64,000 nucleotides of DNA. Source: an uncultured Planctomycetota bacterium (GTDB taxonomy: Bacteria > Planctomycetota > Planctomycetia > Gemmatales > Gemmataceae). Under the pieces are notes generated by a model, which was not told the origin of the DNA, did no database searches, and saw nothing but the letters and a program-made list of their open reading frames with translations. This document shows positions 45,128 to 57,101 of the stretch, piece after piece; positions within the stretch are counted from its first letter, which is position 1, and the number at the start of each line of letters is the position of its first letter. The position numbers and the translations under genes are program-made. The DNA is taken from contig CAWKHF010000003.1 of NCBI GenBank assembly GCA_963849325.1, positions 32,001-96,000 of the forward strand. Direction: 5' to 3'.

Positions 45128-46177
45128 TCAGTCGTCCTGCCTCAACGGCAGGACCTTTTCGGCGTCGGAGAGCCGAACCGCGACGGTCTTGCGCCGGTGC
45201 CAGATCGGGTAGGGCAGGCGCGGGCGCGAGGCTCGTTCGATCCGGTCGATCTGGTCGCCCGTCAGCTTTAACTCCATCGCGGCCAGGTTGTCGGCGAGCT
45301 GGTCGCAGTTGCGCGCGCCGACAATCACGCTCGCGACGCCGGGGCGAGCCATCAGCCACGCCAGCGAGACCCGGGCGGCGGAACAATGGTGCTCCTTGCC
45401 GACCTCGACCAGCGCGTTGACGGTGTCCCACAGCCTGTCAGGGTCGTCGACCGGCGGTTCGTCCCACTCGGTCAGGTGACGGCCGCTCTCGGGCTGCTGG
45501 TCACGCCGATACTTGCCGGAGGTCAGTCCACCGGCGAGCGGGCTCCACACCAGCATCCCCATGCCGGCGTCGATGACAGCCGGCAGCAGCTCCATCTCAA
45601 CGTCCCGGAACGCCGGGCTATAGAAGCTCTGCGTCACCACGAACGGCGGCAGCTGTTCGCGATCGGCGATGCCCAGCGCCTTGACGAGGTGCCACGCCGA
45701 GTAGTTCGAGCAGCCGACGTAGCGGACCTTGCCCTGGGCCACCAGATGTCCCAACGCGCTGAGCGTCTCCTCCAGCGGGGTCAGGCCGTCCCAGGAGTGG
45801 ACCTGGTACAGGTCGATGTGGTCTCGGCCGAGGTTCCGCAGGCTCTGTTCGCACTGCCGGATGATGTGCGTGCGAGACAGGCCGCGGTCATTGGGATCGT
45901 CGCCCACCTGCATGCCGACCTTGGTGGCGATCAGCACGTCGTCGATCGCGTCGCCGAGGGCCGCGCCGAGCATCTGCTCCGAGGTGCCCGTCGAGTAGAC
46001 GTCGGCGGTGTCGAACAGATTCACCCCGGCGTCGCGGCTCTTCGCGATCAGCTCGCGCGCCTCGTCGATCTGGGTGCTGCCGGCGTTGGCGAAGAACCCT
46101 TCGCCACCGAACGTCATCGTCCCGAGCGTCAAAGGCAAGACCATCAGCCCCGAGTTTCCAAGTGTACGGTATTCCAT
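45128..46177 (-). CDS. Aldo/keto reductase
   Basis: LTLGTMTFG, FDTADVYS, IATKV, DLYQVH and WSPLAGG. Confidence 0.92.
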   Translation of the reverse strand: MEYRTLGNSGLMVLPLTLGTMTFGGEGFFANAGSTQIDEARELIAKSRDAGVNLFDTADVYSTGTSEQMLGAALGDAIDDVLIATKVGMQVGDDPNDRGLSRTHIIRQCEQSLRNLGRDHIDLYQVHSWDGLTPLEETLSALGHLVAQGKVRYVGCSNYSAWHLVKALGIADREQLPPFVVTQSFYSPAFRDVEMELLPAVIDAGMGMLVWSPLAGGLTSGKYRRDQQPESGRHLTEWDEPPVDDPDRLWDTVNALVEVGKEHHCSAARVSLAWLMARPGVASVIVGARNCDQLADNLAAMELKLTGDQIDRIERASRPRLPYPIWHRRKTVAVRLSDAEKVLPLRQDD

Positions 46178-46335
46178 CGTCTTCCTCCTTGGGTGGTAGT
46201 TCAAAACGGTCAACTTGCAGCGTACGACGTGTCAGATGGTGCTCGCATCGATCACGTACCGGTAGCATGCTTCCTTGTCGGCCACCGCTTCCCAAGCTCA
46301 GTTGACCTCATCAGTGCCAATCACCTCGGTCTCGG

Positions 46336-46876
46336 TCAAACTTTTCGTCGAATCCCGTGCTCCTGGTAGATCTTCTGCATCTGATCGGCCGTGCCCTTAT
46401 GGCTAATCATGCCCAACAGCTCGGTGTTAATTGCCGCCGGATAGATCGTCGCGGTGCGGATGTTCGTTCCCTCCATAGCCGACTCCATGCGGAGAGCCTC
46501 CATGAAACCGCGTAGGAACCACTTCGTCCCGCCGTACACCGCGCCGCCGGGATAGGCGTTGAGCCTGGCGACCGAGGAGGTCGCGATGATGTGCCCCGAC
46601 TTTTGCTCGATGAACGTCGGCAGTACGGCCGCGAGGCCATTTAAGACGCCCTTGATGTTCACATCGACAGTTTGGTGCCAGTCGTCGGTCTTCATCGCTG
46701 GCAGCGGGGAGTTTGGCATAATGCCCGCGTTTAGGAAGATGACGTCGATGCGGCCAAACCTCTCCTAACGATGGCCGCGCCCGCCTCCGCGAGCGCCGCG
46801 CCGTCGCCAGTCCCATGCCGGATGCGGCCCCGGTGACGAGTGCAACTTTGCCACTGAAGTCCAACGGATTGTTCAT
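46336..46876 (-). pseudogene. Deleted duplicate of the 42689/41864 SDR pair
   Basis: [22 protein letters not shown] joined at ~46770 to FGRIDVIFLNAGIMPNSP...YGGTKWF, closely matching 41121..41864. Confidence 0.85.
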
Positions 46877-46915
46877 GGTGTAATTGCTCTTTCCGTCACT
46901 CTGTTCGTCACGCCT

Positions 46916-47683
46916 CTACGCCGTTTGCCCGCCGTCAACGACCATCGCGTGCCCGACGACGAAGCAGGCCGCATCCGAACACAGCCAGACGACGGCATCG
47001 GCGATCTCTTCGGGCTGGCCCATCCGTCCTACCGGCTCCTGCGCGATGACCCTCTCCCGCCCCTCGGCAGTGCCGCCGGTGACGCGACCCATCATCGGGG
47101 TGTCGATGATCCCGGGGCACACGGCGTTGATGCGGACGTTCTGCGGGGCGTAATCGCGGGCCGCTCCCTTGGTGAGGCCGATGACGCCGAACTTCGCGGC
47201 GCAGTAAGCCGCCTGGCCCTTGAAGCCTTTGACTCCAGCGCCCGAGGAAGTGTTCACGATCACGCCGCCTTGCTTGAGCATCAGCGGGATTTCGTACTTC
47301 ATGCACAGGAACACGCCGCGCAGGTTGATGTTGACGAGGCGATCCCACTCTGCCTCTTCCAGTTCCGCAGTCGGGGCAAGCCGCTGTTCGACGCCGGCGT
47401 TGTTGAAGGCGAAGTCCAGCCGCCCGAAGGTTTCGATGGTTGCGTCCAGCGCCCGCCGCACGTCGTCAGCCCGTGACACGTCGCATCGGACGGCGAGCGC
47501 CCGCCCGCCCATCCCTTCGATCATGCGGGCAGTTTCCTGGTTGCCCTGTTCCGACACGTCGGCGACCACCACGCCAGCTCCTTCGCGGGCAAATGCCAGC
47601 GCCGTCGCCCGGCCGATGCCGTTCGCCGCCCCGGTCACGAACGCAACCTTCCCCGTAAAGCTCCCGTTCTGATTCCCCGCCAT
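46916..47683 (-). CDS. SDR oxidoreductase
   Basis: VTGAANGIG, FNNAG, YCAAKFG and VVDGG. Confidence 0.93.
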   Translation of the reverse strand: MAGNQNGSFTGKVAFVTGAANGIGRATALAFAREGAGVVVADVSEQGNQETARMIEGMGGRALAVRCDVSRADDVRRALDATIETFGRLDFAFNNAGVEQRLAPTAELEEAEWDRLVNINLRGVFLCMKYEIPLMLKQGGVIVNTSSGAGVKGFKGQAAYCAAKFGVIGLTKGAARDYAPQNVRINAVCPGIIDTPMMGRVTGGTAEGRERVIAQEPVGRMGQPEEIADAVVWLCSDAACFVVGHAMVVDGGQTA

Positions 47684-47713
47684 CTCTTGCTCCTTTCGCT
47701 ATTCGGCCCTTGT

Positions 47714-48550
47714 TCATTGCCGGAGCACTTCATCCAATTTCGTCGCAAATGCTCGCGGCCGTAGCAGCCAGCCGGTATGGCCGCCCGGAAACTCGACGAA
47801 GCTGGCACCGAGACGCTCCGCCAGCGCCGCCGCGCATCGGTAGGGGGCGCAGTCGTGGTCCGACCCGCCCGCGGCCACGATGCGCACCGGCGCCGCTTTG
47901 AGCGCCGCCAGATCGAGCTGATAGGCGCAGTCGGCCGGTACGTCGTGCGAGAAGAAGAACTGCTGATTGGCTTCGACCTGCGGGGTTGGCGGTGGCAGCG
48001 CCACGTCGGCCTCGCGGTCCGCATCGTCGATGGCCGCCAGTGCTTCAATCTTCCGAAAAGCGGCGGCGGCTCCTTCCCGGTGGAATGTACTCACCGCGTC
48101 TTTAAGGGTTTGGACGGCACGATCCCGTTCGGCCTCCGGTAAGAGTTGCCAGGCGGGTGCTTCGTGCGCCACGAGGACGCGGACCTGCTCGGGGTATCGG
48201 GCGACGAGGTCGAGGCCGATCAGACCGCCGAAGCTGCTGCCGAACACGAGCGCGGGCTCGGTCGTTAGCGCCGCCAGCAAGTGGTGCGCGTCGTCGCCGT
48301 GCGTCGCGATGGTGGGCGGGCCAGTGGAGGCGTCGGTCGTGCTCCGCGACTGCCCGCGGCAGTCGTAGGTTACCACCGTGTAGCGATCGGCGAGCTGTTC
48401 GCGTAAAGTCTCCGCCGCCTCCGCATCGCCGGGCCCACCCTGAAGGGTCAAGAGCAGCGGGCCGGTCCCGCGCACTCGGTAGAAGATTGTTGCGCCGCGT
48501 ACGCGGAGCCTGTTGCCCCTGATCGTGCCCCTCTCCTCCCTCCTTTCCAT
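47714..48550 (-). CDS. Alpha/beta hydrolase
   Basis: YDCRGQSRS, nucleophile elbow GSSFGG and FPGGH. Confidence 0.88.
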   Translation of the reverse strand: MERREERGTIRGNRLRVRGATIFYRVRGTGPLLLTLQGGPGDAEAAETLREQLADRYTVVTYDCRGQSRSTTDASTGPPTIATHGDDAHHLLAALTTEPALVFGSSFGGLIGLDLVARYPEQVRVLVAHEAPAWQLLPEAERDRAVQTLKDAVSTFHREGAAAAFRKIEALAAIDDADREADVALPPPTPQVEANQQFFFSHDVPADCAYQLDLAALKAAPVRIVAAGGSDHDCAPYRCAAALAERLGASFVEFPGGHTGWLLRPRAFATKLDEVLRQ

Positions 48551-48609
48551 GTCGCTCGCCTCTCGGGCATCGTGCGGCACGCTGCGTTACGGCCGGGACG
48601 CCAGCAAAC

Positions 48610-48737
48610 TCACTTGCGGTCCTGCTCGTCGCTGACCTTCTCCATCCAGTCCACCGACTTACCGTCCAGCTTCTCTTGGAAGGCGATGTGGGCCATGGTC
48701 GTGGTCGGGGCCGCCCCGTGCCAGTGCTTCTCGCCCG
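48610..48737 (-). pseudogene. Cupin-domain protein, 3' remnant
   Basis: Hand translation [41 protein letters not shown]. Confidence 0.75.
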
Positions 48738-48929
48738 TCTACGCGGCTGAGTCGCGTCGTCGGCCACTTCCGCCCGACAAAGGGATTGTAGGCGAAGTCC
48801 CCGGCGGGCCGGTATCACAATCGTCCAGGACTTTAGCCTAATCCTCCACGGCGTGGCCGAATCCCCTGTCCGCAGCGATCCGGGGCGGGTAAACTGGAAG
48901 GGGGCGAGGGGAAACGACGGGGTAGAGAC

Positions 48930-49828
48930 GTGGCGACGAAGGATCTGACGATGCTTGCCGCGGCGGTCGAGCGGCACACCCGGACGGACGGCGATCACGA
49001 GACGGCCGTGCCGGGACTTTGGCTATACCGATCCTCCACGCCGTCGGCGGAGCACGCCGTCGTGTACGTGCCGTCCGTGTGCATCGTGGCGCAAGGGGCC
49101 AAGGAGGTGGTCGTCGGGGGCGAGGTGTACCGCTACAACCCGGCCCAGTCGCTCCTCGTGTCGGTCGATATGCCCGCCTCGACCCGCGTGGCCGAGGCGG
49201 CTGCGGATCGCCCGTGCCTGGCGGCCCGCGTCCCGATAGACCCGGCCGTCGTGGGCGAACTCCTCGCTGACGGCACGGCGACCCCGCCGCCCGGCCCGCC
49301 GGCGCGGGATCGGGGTCATCAACCTCAAGCCGCCGCTCCTCGACGCCGTTCTATCGACTCCTGGGCCTGCTCGACGCCCCGCACGAGGTCGCCGCCCTCG
49401 CGCCGCTCGTGCTCCGGGAGATCGCCTTCCGGGTGCTCACCGGCCCGGAGGGGGCGAGGCTCCGGCAGATCGCCTCGGCCGGCGCCCCGGCCCAGCGGAT
49501 CGCGCGGGCGATCCGCTGGCTACGGGACCACTTCGCCGAGCCACTGCGGATCGAGGGGCTCGCGAAGCGCGCGGGGATGAGCCCGTCGGCGCTCCACCTC
49601 CACTTCAAGCACGTGACGGCCCTGAGTCCGCTCCAGTACCAAAAGCGGCTGCGGCTCCAAGAAGCCCGGCGGCTCATGGTGGGGGAGGGGCTCGACGCCG
49701 GCGAGGCGGCGTTCCGCGTCGGTTACGAGAGCCCGTCCCAGTTTGGGCGGGAGTACCGGCGGCTCTTCGGCAAGTCGCCGCGGCGGGACGTGTCCGGGGT
49801 GCAGGCCGAGGCCCAACCGGCGGTCTGA
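48930..49828 (+). CDS. AraC-family regulator (AraC_N plus HTH; frameshifts near 49300-49350)
   Basis: PSVCIVAQGAKEV; LAKRAGMSPSALHLHFK, SPLQYQK and VGYESPSQFGREYRRLFG; divergent from the redox cluster. Confidence 0.9.
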
Positions 49829-50127
49829 TCCAGCTTCTTGCGACGCGGTTTGCGCATTGACACCTGACGCACAAAAGCGTGCTCCGGTCCGCCACACGTC
49901 CGCCACACCGGACGGGCCTGCGGTCAACACCGCCAGCCTCTTCAAGGCGCCCCTCCCTCCCCCGGCACACCGCACCCCGGCCTGAACCGTCAAGGCCTCC
50001 CGGCCAGCTCGACGTGACGTCCTGCGGGCCATTTCTCTCATCCATTCCGATCCACATCAGCGCATGCCTGCCCTCCCCTGGGTAGTCCGAGGGGCCAAAG
50101 GTCCCTCTTCCCCGAAGCGAGGCAGGC

Positions 50128-51160
50128 ATGCGTCTAGCGGCACAGACTCGCGGGGGGTTTTACCCCGCGCACGAAAAGGCGGTCGCGCACGCCGCGTTTT
50201 TCCTGCGTCCCCCCGCAGGTAAGCCGTTCGCCATTCTCGACCCGTGTGCCGGCGAGGGGGCCGCCGTCTGCCAACTCCGGGAACTGCTCGGATGCTCGCC
50301 CGGGCTGACATTTGCAATTGAGTTGGACGACGGCCGCGCCGAAGTCGTCCGTGCGCTCCTGTCCGGTGCTCAGGTGCTCGCCCCGGCCAGCTTCTTCGGG
50401 TGCCGGGCCACCCTGAACAGCTTCTCGTTCATCTGGCTGAACCCGCCGTTCGACGACGGCTACGGCGGTTCTCGTGTGGAGGACCAGTTCCTGCGACGAG
50501 CCACCGACTGGCTCATGCCGGGCGGCGTGATGGCCCTGGTCTGCCCGGAAAACGTCGTGGACGTGTACTCGGACGCCTGCCGGCACTTCAAGACCTACTA
50601 CGAAAACCGCACCATCCTCCCCTTCCCAGAGAAACACCGGCCGTTTCGCGAAGCCGTTGTGTTCGGCCACAAGCGCGTCAGGCCGGACGCGGACAGCGTC
50701 CGCTCCGGTTGGAAGCCGTGGGAGTCCGTCGCGGCACCGAAACACTTCTGCTATCACATCCCGCCGGGAAACGGCCCTCGGGTGTTTCAGAAGGTCGAAC
50801 CGACCGAGGCGGAACTGCAGCGCATGCTGGTCGAATCGCCGCTGCGCTGTCACCTGGCGGTGCCGCCGGCAACGCCGCTGCCTTCCCCACCCCTCGCGCT
50901 GGGTATCGGACATGTGGCGCTGCTGCTGGCCAGCGGGCACCTCAACGGGGTCGTGCAGCCGGAAGGCGGGACGCCCCGGGTGGTGCGGGGCACGTCGCGC
51001 GAAACGCGCCTTCGTCTCCGACGAAACCGACACAGTCAACCCGGACGGCAGCGTCACCACCCGGACGACGGTCTCGGAACGCATCGACCTGGTGGTCCGC
51101 ACCGTGGACCTCACGGGGGCGATCCGCACGTTCTCGGAGACCGACGCAGGGCAGGAATGA
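50128..51160 (+). CDS. DUF6094-like class I SAM-dependent DNA methyltransferase (frameshift near 51000)
   Basis: GGFYP, ILDPCAGEGAA, AIELDDGRA, WLNPPFD and LLLASGHLNG. Confidence 0.82.
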
Positions 51161-51206
51161 ATTCCGCCTCCCGAACACGTCCTTCTTCAACCGTGTGGAG
51201 ACTTCC

Positions 51207-52748
51207 ATGCAAGCAACCGGGGAGCCGATGGCCCCTTTCGCCGGCGAATTCGAGTTAGAAGTCTACAGCTCCGGCCGGGGCGGGCGCCATCGTGCGTCGC
51301 ACTTCAAGTTGCGTTGCGACGCCATCGGGCTGCACGAGAATGAAATCCTGCTGCTCTCCGTCATCGGTTCCGAGACCAGCGTCAAGGCCCTCACGGCCGG
51401 CCTGCGCTCCTCCGGCAAGGACCAGCAACGGATCCAGTATTCCGCCCGGGTCGGCAATGTCAGCGGCAGCAACCTGATCCGATGCCCCGGTGGCTACCGG
51501 GTCCACCGCGCCAGGCTCGATTACGGCCTGTGGCACGTCCTGTGTCTGGCCCGGCGTGAGGGCTTCATGCCGGTCCTGTCCGAGGAGGCCGTCTGGCAAA
51601 ACCTCAAACGAGACCCGTTCACGACGCCGCTGCTGCGCGAGTGGGTGCCCTGGCTGTGCCGGGAGATGAGGGAGCGGGGCGCCATCGTCGAGCTGACCCA
51701 GAGCGGTTGCCAGGGCGGGTTGTTGCTGGCCCAGAACGATCTGCTGGACGCGCTGGTGAGCGAGGGGCTCCGGCAAGGCCATCTATCGATCAACGGCCAA
51801 ACGGGCAGGCCTCCCCGCCCGGAGGCATCGGCCGGGAACGAGGGCGCCCAGAACCTGGACGAGTTCATGTGGGCGTACGGGCCGATGCTCCGCCGACAGG
51901 CGGAACGGTCGCTGCAGCCGCTGCACGTGCCCGGCCGCGATTTCCTGCCGTGTCCAGACCTGCTGCGTGAGCCGTTCGAGGCCCAGACCCAGGTGATCGA
52001 GGCGGCACGCAAGGCCCTCCGCCGTCAGCAGTCGCTCCTCATGGTTGGAGAGATGGGGACCGGGAAGACTCTCATGGGGATGGCCGCAGCCCACGCACAT
52101 GCCGCAGGGCGGCCGTACCGCGCGCTCGTGTTCTGCCCCGGCCAGCTCGTCCACAAGTGGGAGCGCGAGATCCGCGAGACCGTCCCGGGTGCCGAGGTCA
52201 TCCAGATCGAGTCCTGGAGGGACTTGCTCCACCTGGACCGGGTGAGAAAACCGGCCGGCCCGGAATGGTACGTCATCGCCCGGGACCGGGCCAAGCTCGG
52301 CGCGACGTGGCGGCCCGCTTACCAGCGCCGCAACAAGGCCGACAACGGCTTCCTGCGCTGCCCGGGGTGCGGCCGGCGCCTTGTCGATGACAAGCGCGAG
52401 CCGCTGCGGGCCGGCCAGCCGGGAACGGGTGGACAGCCGGGCACCGGCCTGTGGAAGCGGCGGGCCCGGTGCGAATGGGTCCTGTCCTCGCACGGGCCCG
52501 ACGAGGATGGCGAGGCCGGGCAAGGGGACCGCTTGGTTCGGGGGTGCGGGGCACCACTTTGGCAGATGACCGGCGAACTCCGGCGGTACGAACCCGCGCT
52601 GCTCATCAAGCGATGGCTGCGGCATTTCTTCAAGTACCTGATTCTCGACGAGGTCCATGAGGAGACCGGCTGGACCATCGGCTCGGCGAGTGTTTCGCGA
52701 TGGACGCGACGGCGACCGCGAGCATCGGCAAGAAGGCCGAAGAGCTGA
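51207..52748 (+). pseudogene. SF2 (SNF2/DExH-like) helicase fused to an N-terminal unknown domain, truncated after Walker B
   Basis: GEMGTGKT, CPGQLVHKWEREI, CxxC insert and LILDEVHE; no C-terminal helicase domain. Confidence 0.78.
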
Positions 52749-52854
52749 TGGCCCGTCTTGACCGGGAGGCCCAGCAGCTCGGCCTCGAAATCCGCGCCGG
52801 CGTCTTCGAGTGACCCGCGGACGCAAGAGGTTTCCCCAACCGGAGCGGAGTCAT

Positions 52855-53431
52855 GCTGACCGAGCTGTACGGCAAACAGGGCTGCCTCTGTCAGCCCGCC
52901 CGGGCGGGGGAGCTGCGCTGCCCGCTCCTCATCCGGCCTAACGGCGAAGACGTCATTACCGGCCACCTTGCCCTAGCTCTGCGCGTCCTCGACCCCTGCC
53001 GGCTGCTGCCCGACCTCCTGAACGCCGCCCTCGGGGCGGCCCGCTTCCGCTGTCAGGTGTTTCGGCGGTTGCGCGTCGAGCCCCTGGGTCAACCGCCCCC
53101 GCTACCCGCGGGAGCTGCTCCCCTGGGAGGAGGGGAGCACGCAGGTGGACCTGCACCTGTCCTGGGAGAACCCGCCGACCACGGTCTACCTGGAGGCGAA
53201 GTACGGCTCGGGCCTGACCCGGAAAACGGCACGGGACGACGGCAGCCACGGCTTCCCGTCCGACCAGCTCGTCCGCAACGCCCGGGTGGGACTGCTGGAA
53301 GCGGGCTACTTCGGGGGCCACGGCCTCTTCCCGGCGGGGCCGCGGGACTTTGTCCTCGTCCTCCTGAGTCCCTCGCGGCCTTGCGGGAGTGGATCGACCG
53401 GGCGGCGCGGCCCTTGCCCGGGCCGACGTGA
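52855..53431 (+). pseudogene. PD-(D/E)XK-like nuclease fragment (frameshift near 53085)
   Basis: EDVITG...EEGSTQVD...VYLEAKYGS...DQLVRN across two frames. Confidence 0.55.
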
Positions 53432-53876
53432 GGCAAGTGTGCCCCGTGGCACTGCGCCCGAAAGCCCGCGCAAGTTTCCGTGGGGCTCCATTTTCCCATC
53501 CGGCCGAGCTATTCCGGCACCCCGCTCGGGCCGGTCATCACCGTGCCCTGGCGACGCCTCCATGTCGGATCGAATCCATTTAGCCAGTCGCGGCGAACGG
53601 TCGTGCGGCGGTCAGCCGCGAATCCCGCGCATCAGGCACATGCGTGGTAATGCACAATCTTGACGGGAGCGTTGCTACTCCAGTCGGGCGGACTCAGCGG
53701 CCAGCTCACTTGAATCGGCCGCGATTCGCCCCCGGACCTTACGATGACGTTCGGGCCGGAGCGCTGTGAGGTCCGTCATCCCGAACCAGGGGCGGTCGTG
53801 GAGGTCTTCAGGTGGTCGAAGGCGCTGGCGAGTTGGGCGAGGCAGGCATCGAATTTCTCAGCCGCAGCTGAACGTG

Positions 53877-55365
53877 TCATTCTTCGGGGGCAAGAGGTGC
53901 GGGCAACCCACGCCCAGCCTCCTCAACCTGCTGGAGCGCGCGGCGAAGGTCCGTGGCCACGCGGTCGGCGAGAACTCGGAGACGTTCGGCAGCGGGGACC
54001 GGGTTCTCGATGGACTCGGGGGACCAGCTGAGATCCAGACCGCACGACGGCCGTTCGAGGATCCACGACACGTCGAACGCCCGCCATCGTTGGAACTCGC
54101 TACCCCTGAGTACCCCCGCCTTTCGCCTGCGGCGATCGCCAGGCTTGTAGCAGGCGACGAAATCGGCGAGGTGGCCCGCGCCGAGTGGGTTCGCTTTGAG
54201 GGAGAATCTGTTCCCCGCCCGCAAATCGGAGACCCACAACTTCTTCGCTCCGGCCGCGCCGTTCCTCCCGGGGGGCAACAGGTCGAAGAACAGTACGTTG
54301 GCCTTCACTCCGTGGGCGTAGAAGATGCCCGTCGGGAGCCGCAAGAGGGTATGGAACGTCACACGTCGCCAATAAACGCCGGCGAATTTCTTCTGCGGCG
54401 CCGCCTTCAAACAGCACGTTGTCAGGCACGACCACGGCAGCGCGGCCTCCCGGCTTCAGCATCGTATAAACGTGCTGGAGGAAGTTCAGCTGCTTGTTCG
54501 ACGTTCGGACCCAGAAATCCTTGCGGACCACCTCACCCGCTGAACTCTCGTCCGCTGTCGAAAAGAACGACCCTTTCACCCCGAACGGGGGGTTGGTCAG
54601 CACCACATCGACAAGTCTTCGCGGCGGGTTCGCAAGGCTGTCCTCACACGAGATGGGGAGCTCCGCCTTCCCGGTCGGGTCACCAACCCCGTGGAGCAGG
54701 AGGTTCATCATGGCCAGCCTGGCCACCTCGCGGACCAATTCGCTTCCTTGGATGGTCTCGTACTGAAGACGCCTGCGCTGCGCCGGTTTGAGGTCGGGGT
54801 GGTGCTGGCGGATAAAATCGTGCGCGGCAAGCAGGAACCCGGCCGTCCCACACGCAGGATCGCAGACGACCTCGCCCGGTGCCGGGCGGACACAGGACAC
54901 GATGGCGTTGATCAGGGGCCGTGGCGTGAAGTACTGGCCGGCACCGCTCTTGGTGTCTTGAGCGTTCTTTTCCAGCAGTCCCTCGTAGGCGTCTCCCTTG
55001 ACGTCGTCGCTCATCCCCGTCCAGTCCGTCTGCCCGATCAAATCCTGCACGAGCACGCGGAGCTTCGCCGGGTCGCGGATCTTATTCTTTGCGTCGTGGA
55101 AAACCAGCCCGAGCATGCCGCCCTGCCGGCCAAGGTGCTTCAGCGCTTTAGAGTAGTGGCGGTGCAGCGCCTCAGCGTCCTTGCCGGAAAGCGACGCCCA
55201 ACTGAACTCCTCCGGCACCACCGCGCCGCCACGCTCCTCTGCCATTTTCAGGAAGAGTAGGTAGGTGAGTTGCTCGACGTAGTCGGGGTACGAGAGGCCA
55301 TCGTCTCGCAGGACGTTGCAGTACTGCCAGAGCCTTCTCACCAGCCTCGTAGCGGGGGACGTCAT
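53877..55365 (-). CDS. hsdM: Type I RM methyltransferase subunit (frameshift near 54350)
   Basis: LWQYCNVLRDDG, GAGQYFTPR, DPACGTAGFL, TNPPFG, VPDNVLFEGG and LRLPTGIFYA. Confidence 0.92.
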
Positions 55366-57101
55366 GCGGCTGCCCTCATCCTTGAGTGGTTGTTGTGGGA
55401 GTGATCCGCAGAACATGCAATTCGACCCACCAAGAACTCCTGAACATCATCAGGTACGCCTTCGCCGCCGCCGAATAAAGTTGGTCGCGCTCCATCAGCA
55501 TCTGCCCGGAGTTCAGCAACGATCTTGTTGGCCAATGCCACCCGCTCTTGACGCTGCTCTTCGGTCAGCTGCGCCATTTCGAGCCAGGTTGGGTCCTCCT
55601 GCGCCGTCCATGCCTGGAGGAAAAGCTGGTAGAGAGGATCCCGCGTGGTCTTGGAGAACGCCAGGGGCGCAGGAGGTCGTTTAGTTTCGCGAGTTCCGCC
55701 TTTTCGTGCTCGTCCAGCGGGCCGCCTTTCAGCGCGAGCCGCCGCCGCCGGTCGAGGAGGTCTTGCGTGGGCCGGTCGAGCGTTGAACTCAGCCGGAAGA
55801 TGTCGCTGGTCAGGATGGCCTCGATTCCCATCCCCTGTGGGTCTTCCTCCGGCTCAGCGATGGACAGGCCCCCATCAACGTCCCGGCGAATGATCCGGAC
55901 CTGCTCCTTGAGAAGGCTTGCGAAAAGCAGCGGGTCGTGAGTCGCCATGACGATGTGACAATTCTCCCGGCGCTTCACGAAGCGGTCGAGAAAGCCGAGG
56001 TACTCCACGCTCCAGGTCGGGTTCAGGTGGGTGTCCGGCTCGTCGAGGAGGAAGAGCAGCTTCGTCCTCGGCGGTGAACTTCAGGAGCCCGAGCACGAGC
56101 AGAAGTTGCTGTTCTCCTTCGCTCAGATCCCGGTACGTGACGGCACCACCGCCCGCCTCGGGCGAGATCTTCACCCGCGTGACGACTTCGCCGAGGAGGG
56201 TCGAAATGTCAATGCTCTCCAGGGCCGTGAAAAACGCGTACTGGTTCTGGTAGGGGCGGTATACCTCGACGAGCGCTTCCTGATTCGGAAGGAAAAGGTA
56301 GAGGTTCTCGACGAGCGGATTCTTGGCCAGGTCAACCGGCATCCGCCGAGGCATTCGCATCGGGGTCATTGCGGCATCGTAGAGGCGGCTCAGCAGGTCT
56401 CGGACCTCGCCCTCCGCACGCCAGAAGCGCTCGTCGCCACCCTTGCGGCTCCGCCATCCCCAGATGGGCTCTTTCAGCGCGAACAGCACCGAGTCCAACC
56501 CCGCGATGCGGAGGTAGTCGCGGAGGAAGTCGCGGTCGTCGGACTCTTGGCCGGGTGGGTTCATGAAAAACGCGAGCAGGGCGAACTGGCCGTGGACGGT
56601 CCGGGCGTAGAAAAGCCGGCGCAGGGAGTTCGAGCTCACCGGCTCGCGCTTCTCCGCCGGCTTGATGATAAACTTCCTGAACCTCTCGCGGTGCTTCTCG
56701 AACAGCTCGGCGAGCCGGTCGCTCGGGCCCGAATAGTAGCCGAAGACGAACGCGGGGCGGTAGAGTGGCCGCTCTTCGCCGTCCTCTTTCATGAATTCCG
56801 TCTTGGTGATGCGGGCGAACTCCTCCTCCCCGGGTCGCCTGACTTCAAACCGCGGCGTCCTCTTGCTCTTCGCCTCAATCTTAACCTCGTTGCCGCGGCA
56901 GCGGTACTTGAGTTCGTACTCGAAGGGCGCGGGCTCATCGAGGTCCAGGTTGCGGAAGATCCACGCGACAGCCTCGATCAGATTCGACTTTCCGGTGCCG
57001 TTACCGCCGACCAGAACGGTGTACGGGGACTTCTCGTCGAAATCGACGTACACGTCGCGGAGGTTTTTGAACTGGCGGATCCGGAGTTCATCAAGTCGCA
57101 T
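55362..57101 (-). CDS. ABC/AAA_21-type ATPase embedded in the type I RM operon (frameshifts near 56050 and 55660)
   Basis: Walker A GGNGTGKSN, signature LSEGEQQ, Walker B/D-loop LLDEPDTHLNP in the shifted frame, H-loop ATHDP; ATGA overlap with hsdM. Confidence 0.85.

Noticed and set aside
50400-52748. 782-aa ORF as one protein
   Set aside because: The first ~270 codons are an off-frame overlap of the methyltransferase; the real gene starts near 51207.
55362-57101. PrrC/RloC anticodon nuclease acting on the neighbouring tRNA-Asn
   Set aside because: No HEPN RxxxxH motif recognised; proximity to the tRNA is explained by the integration site.
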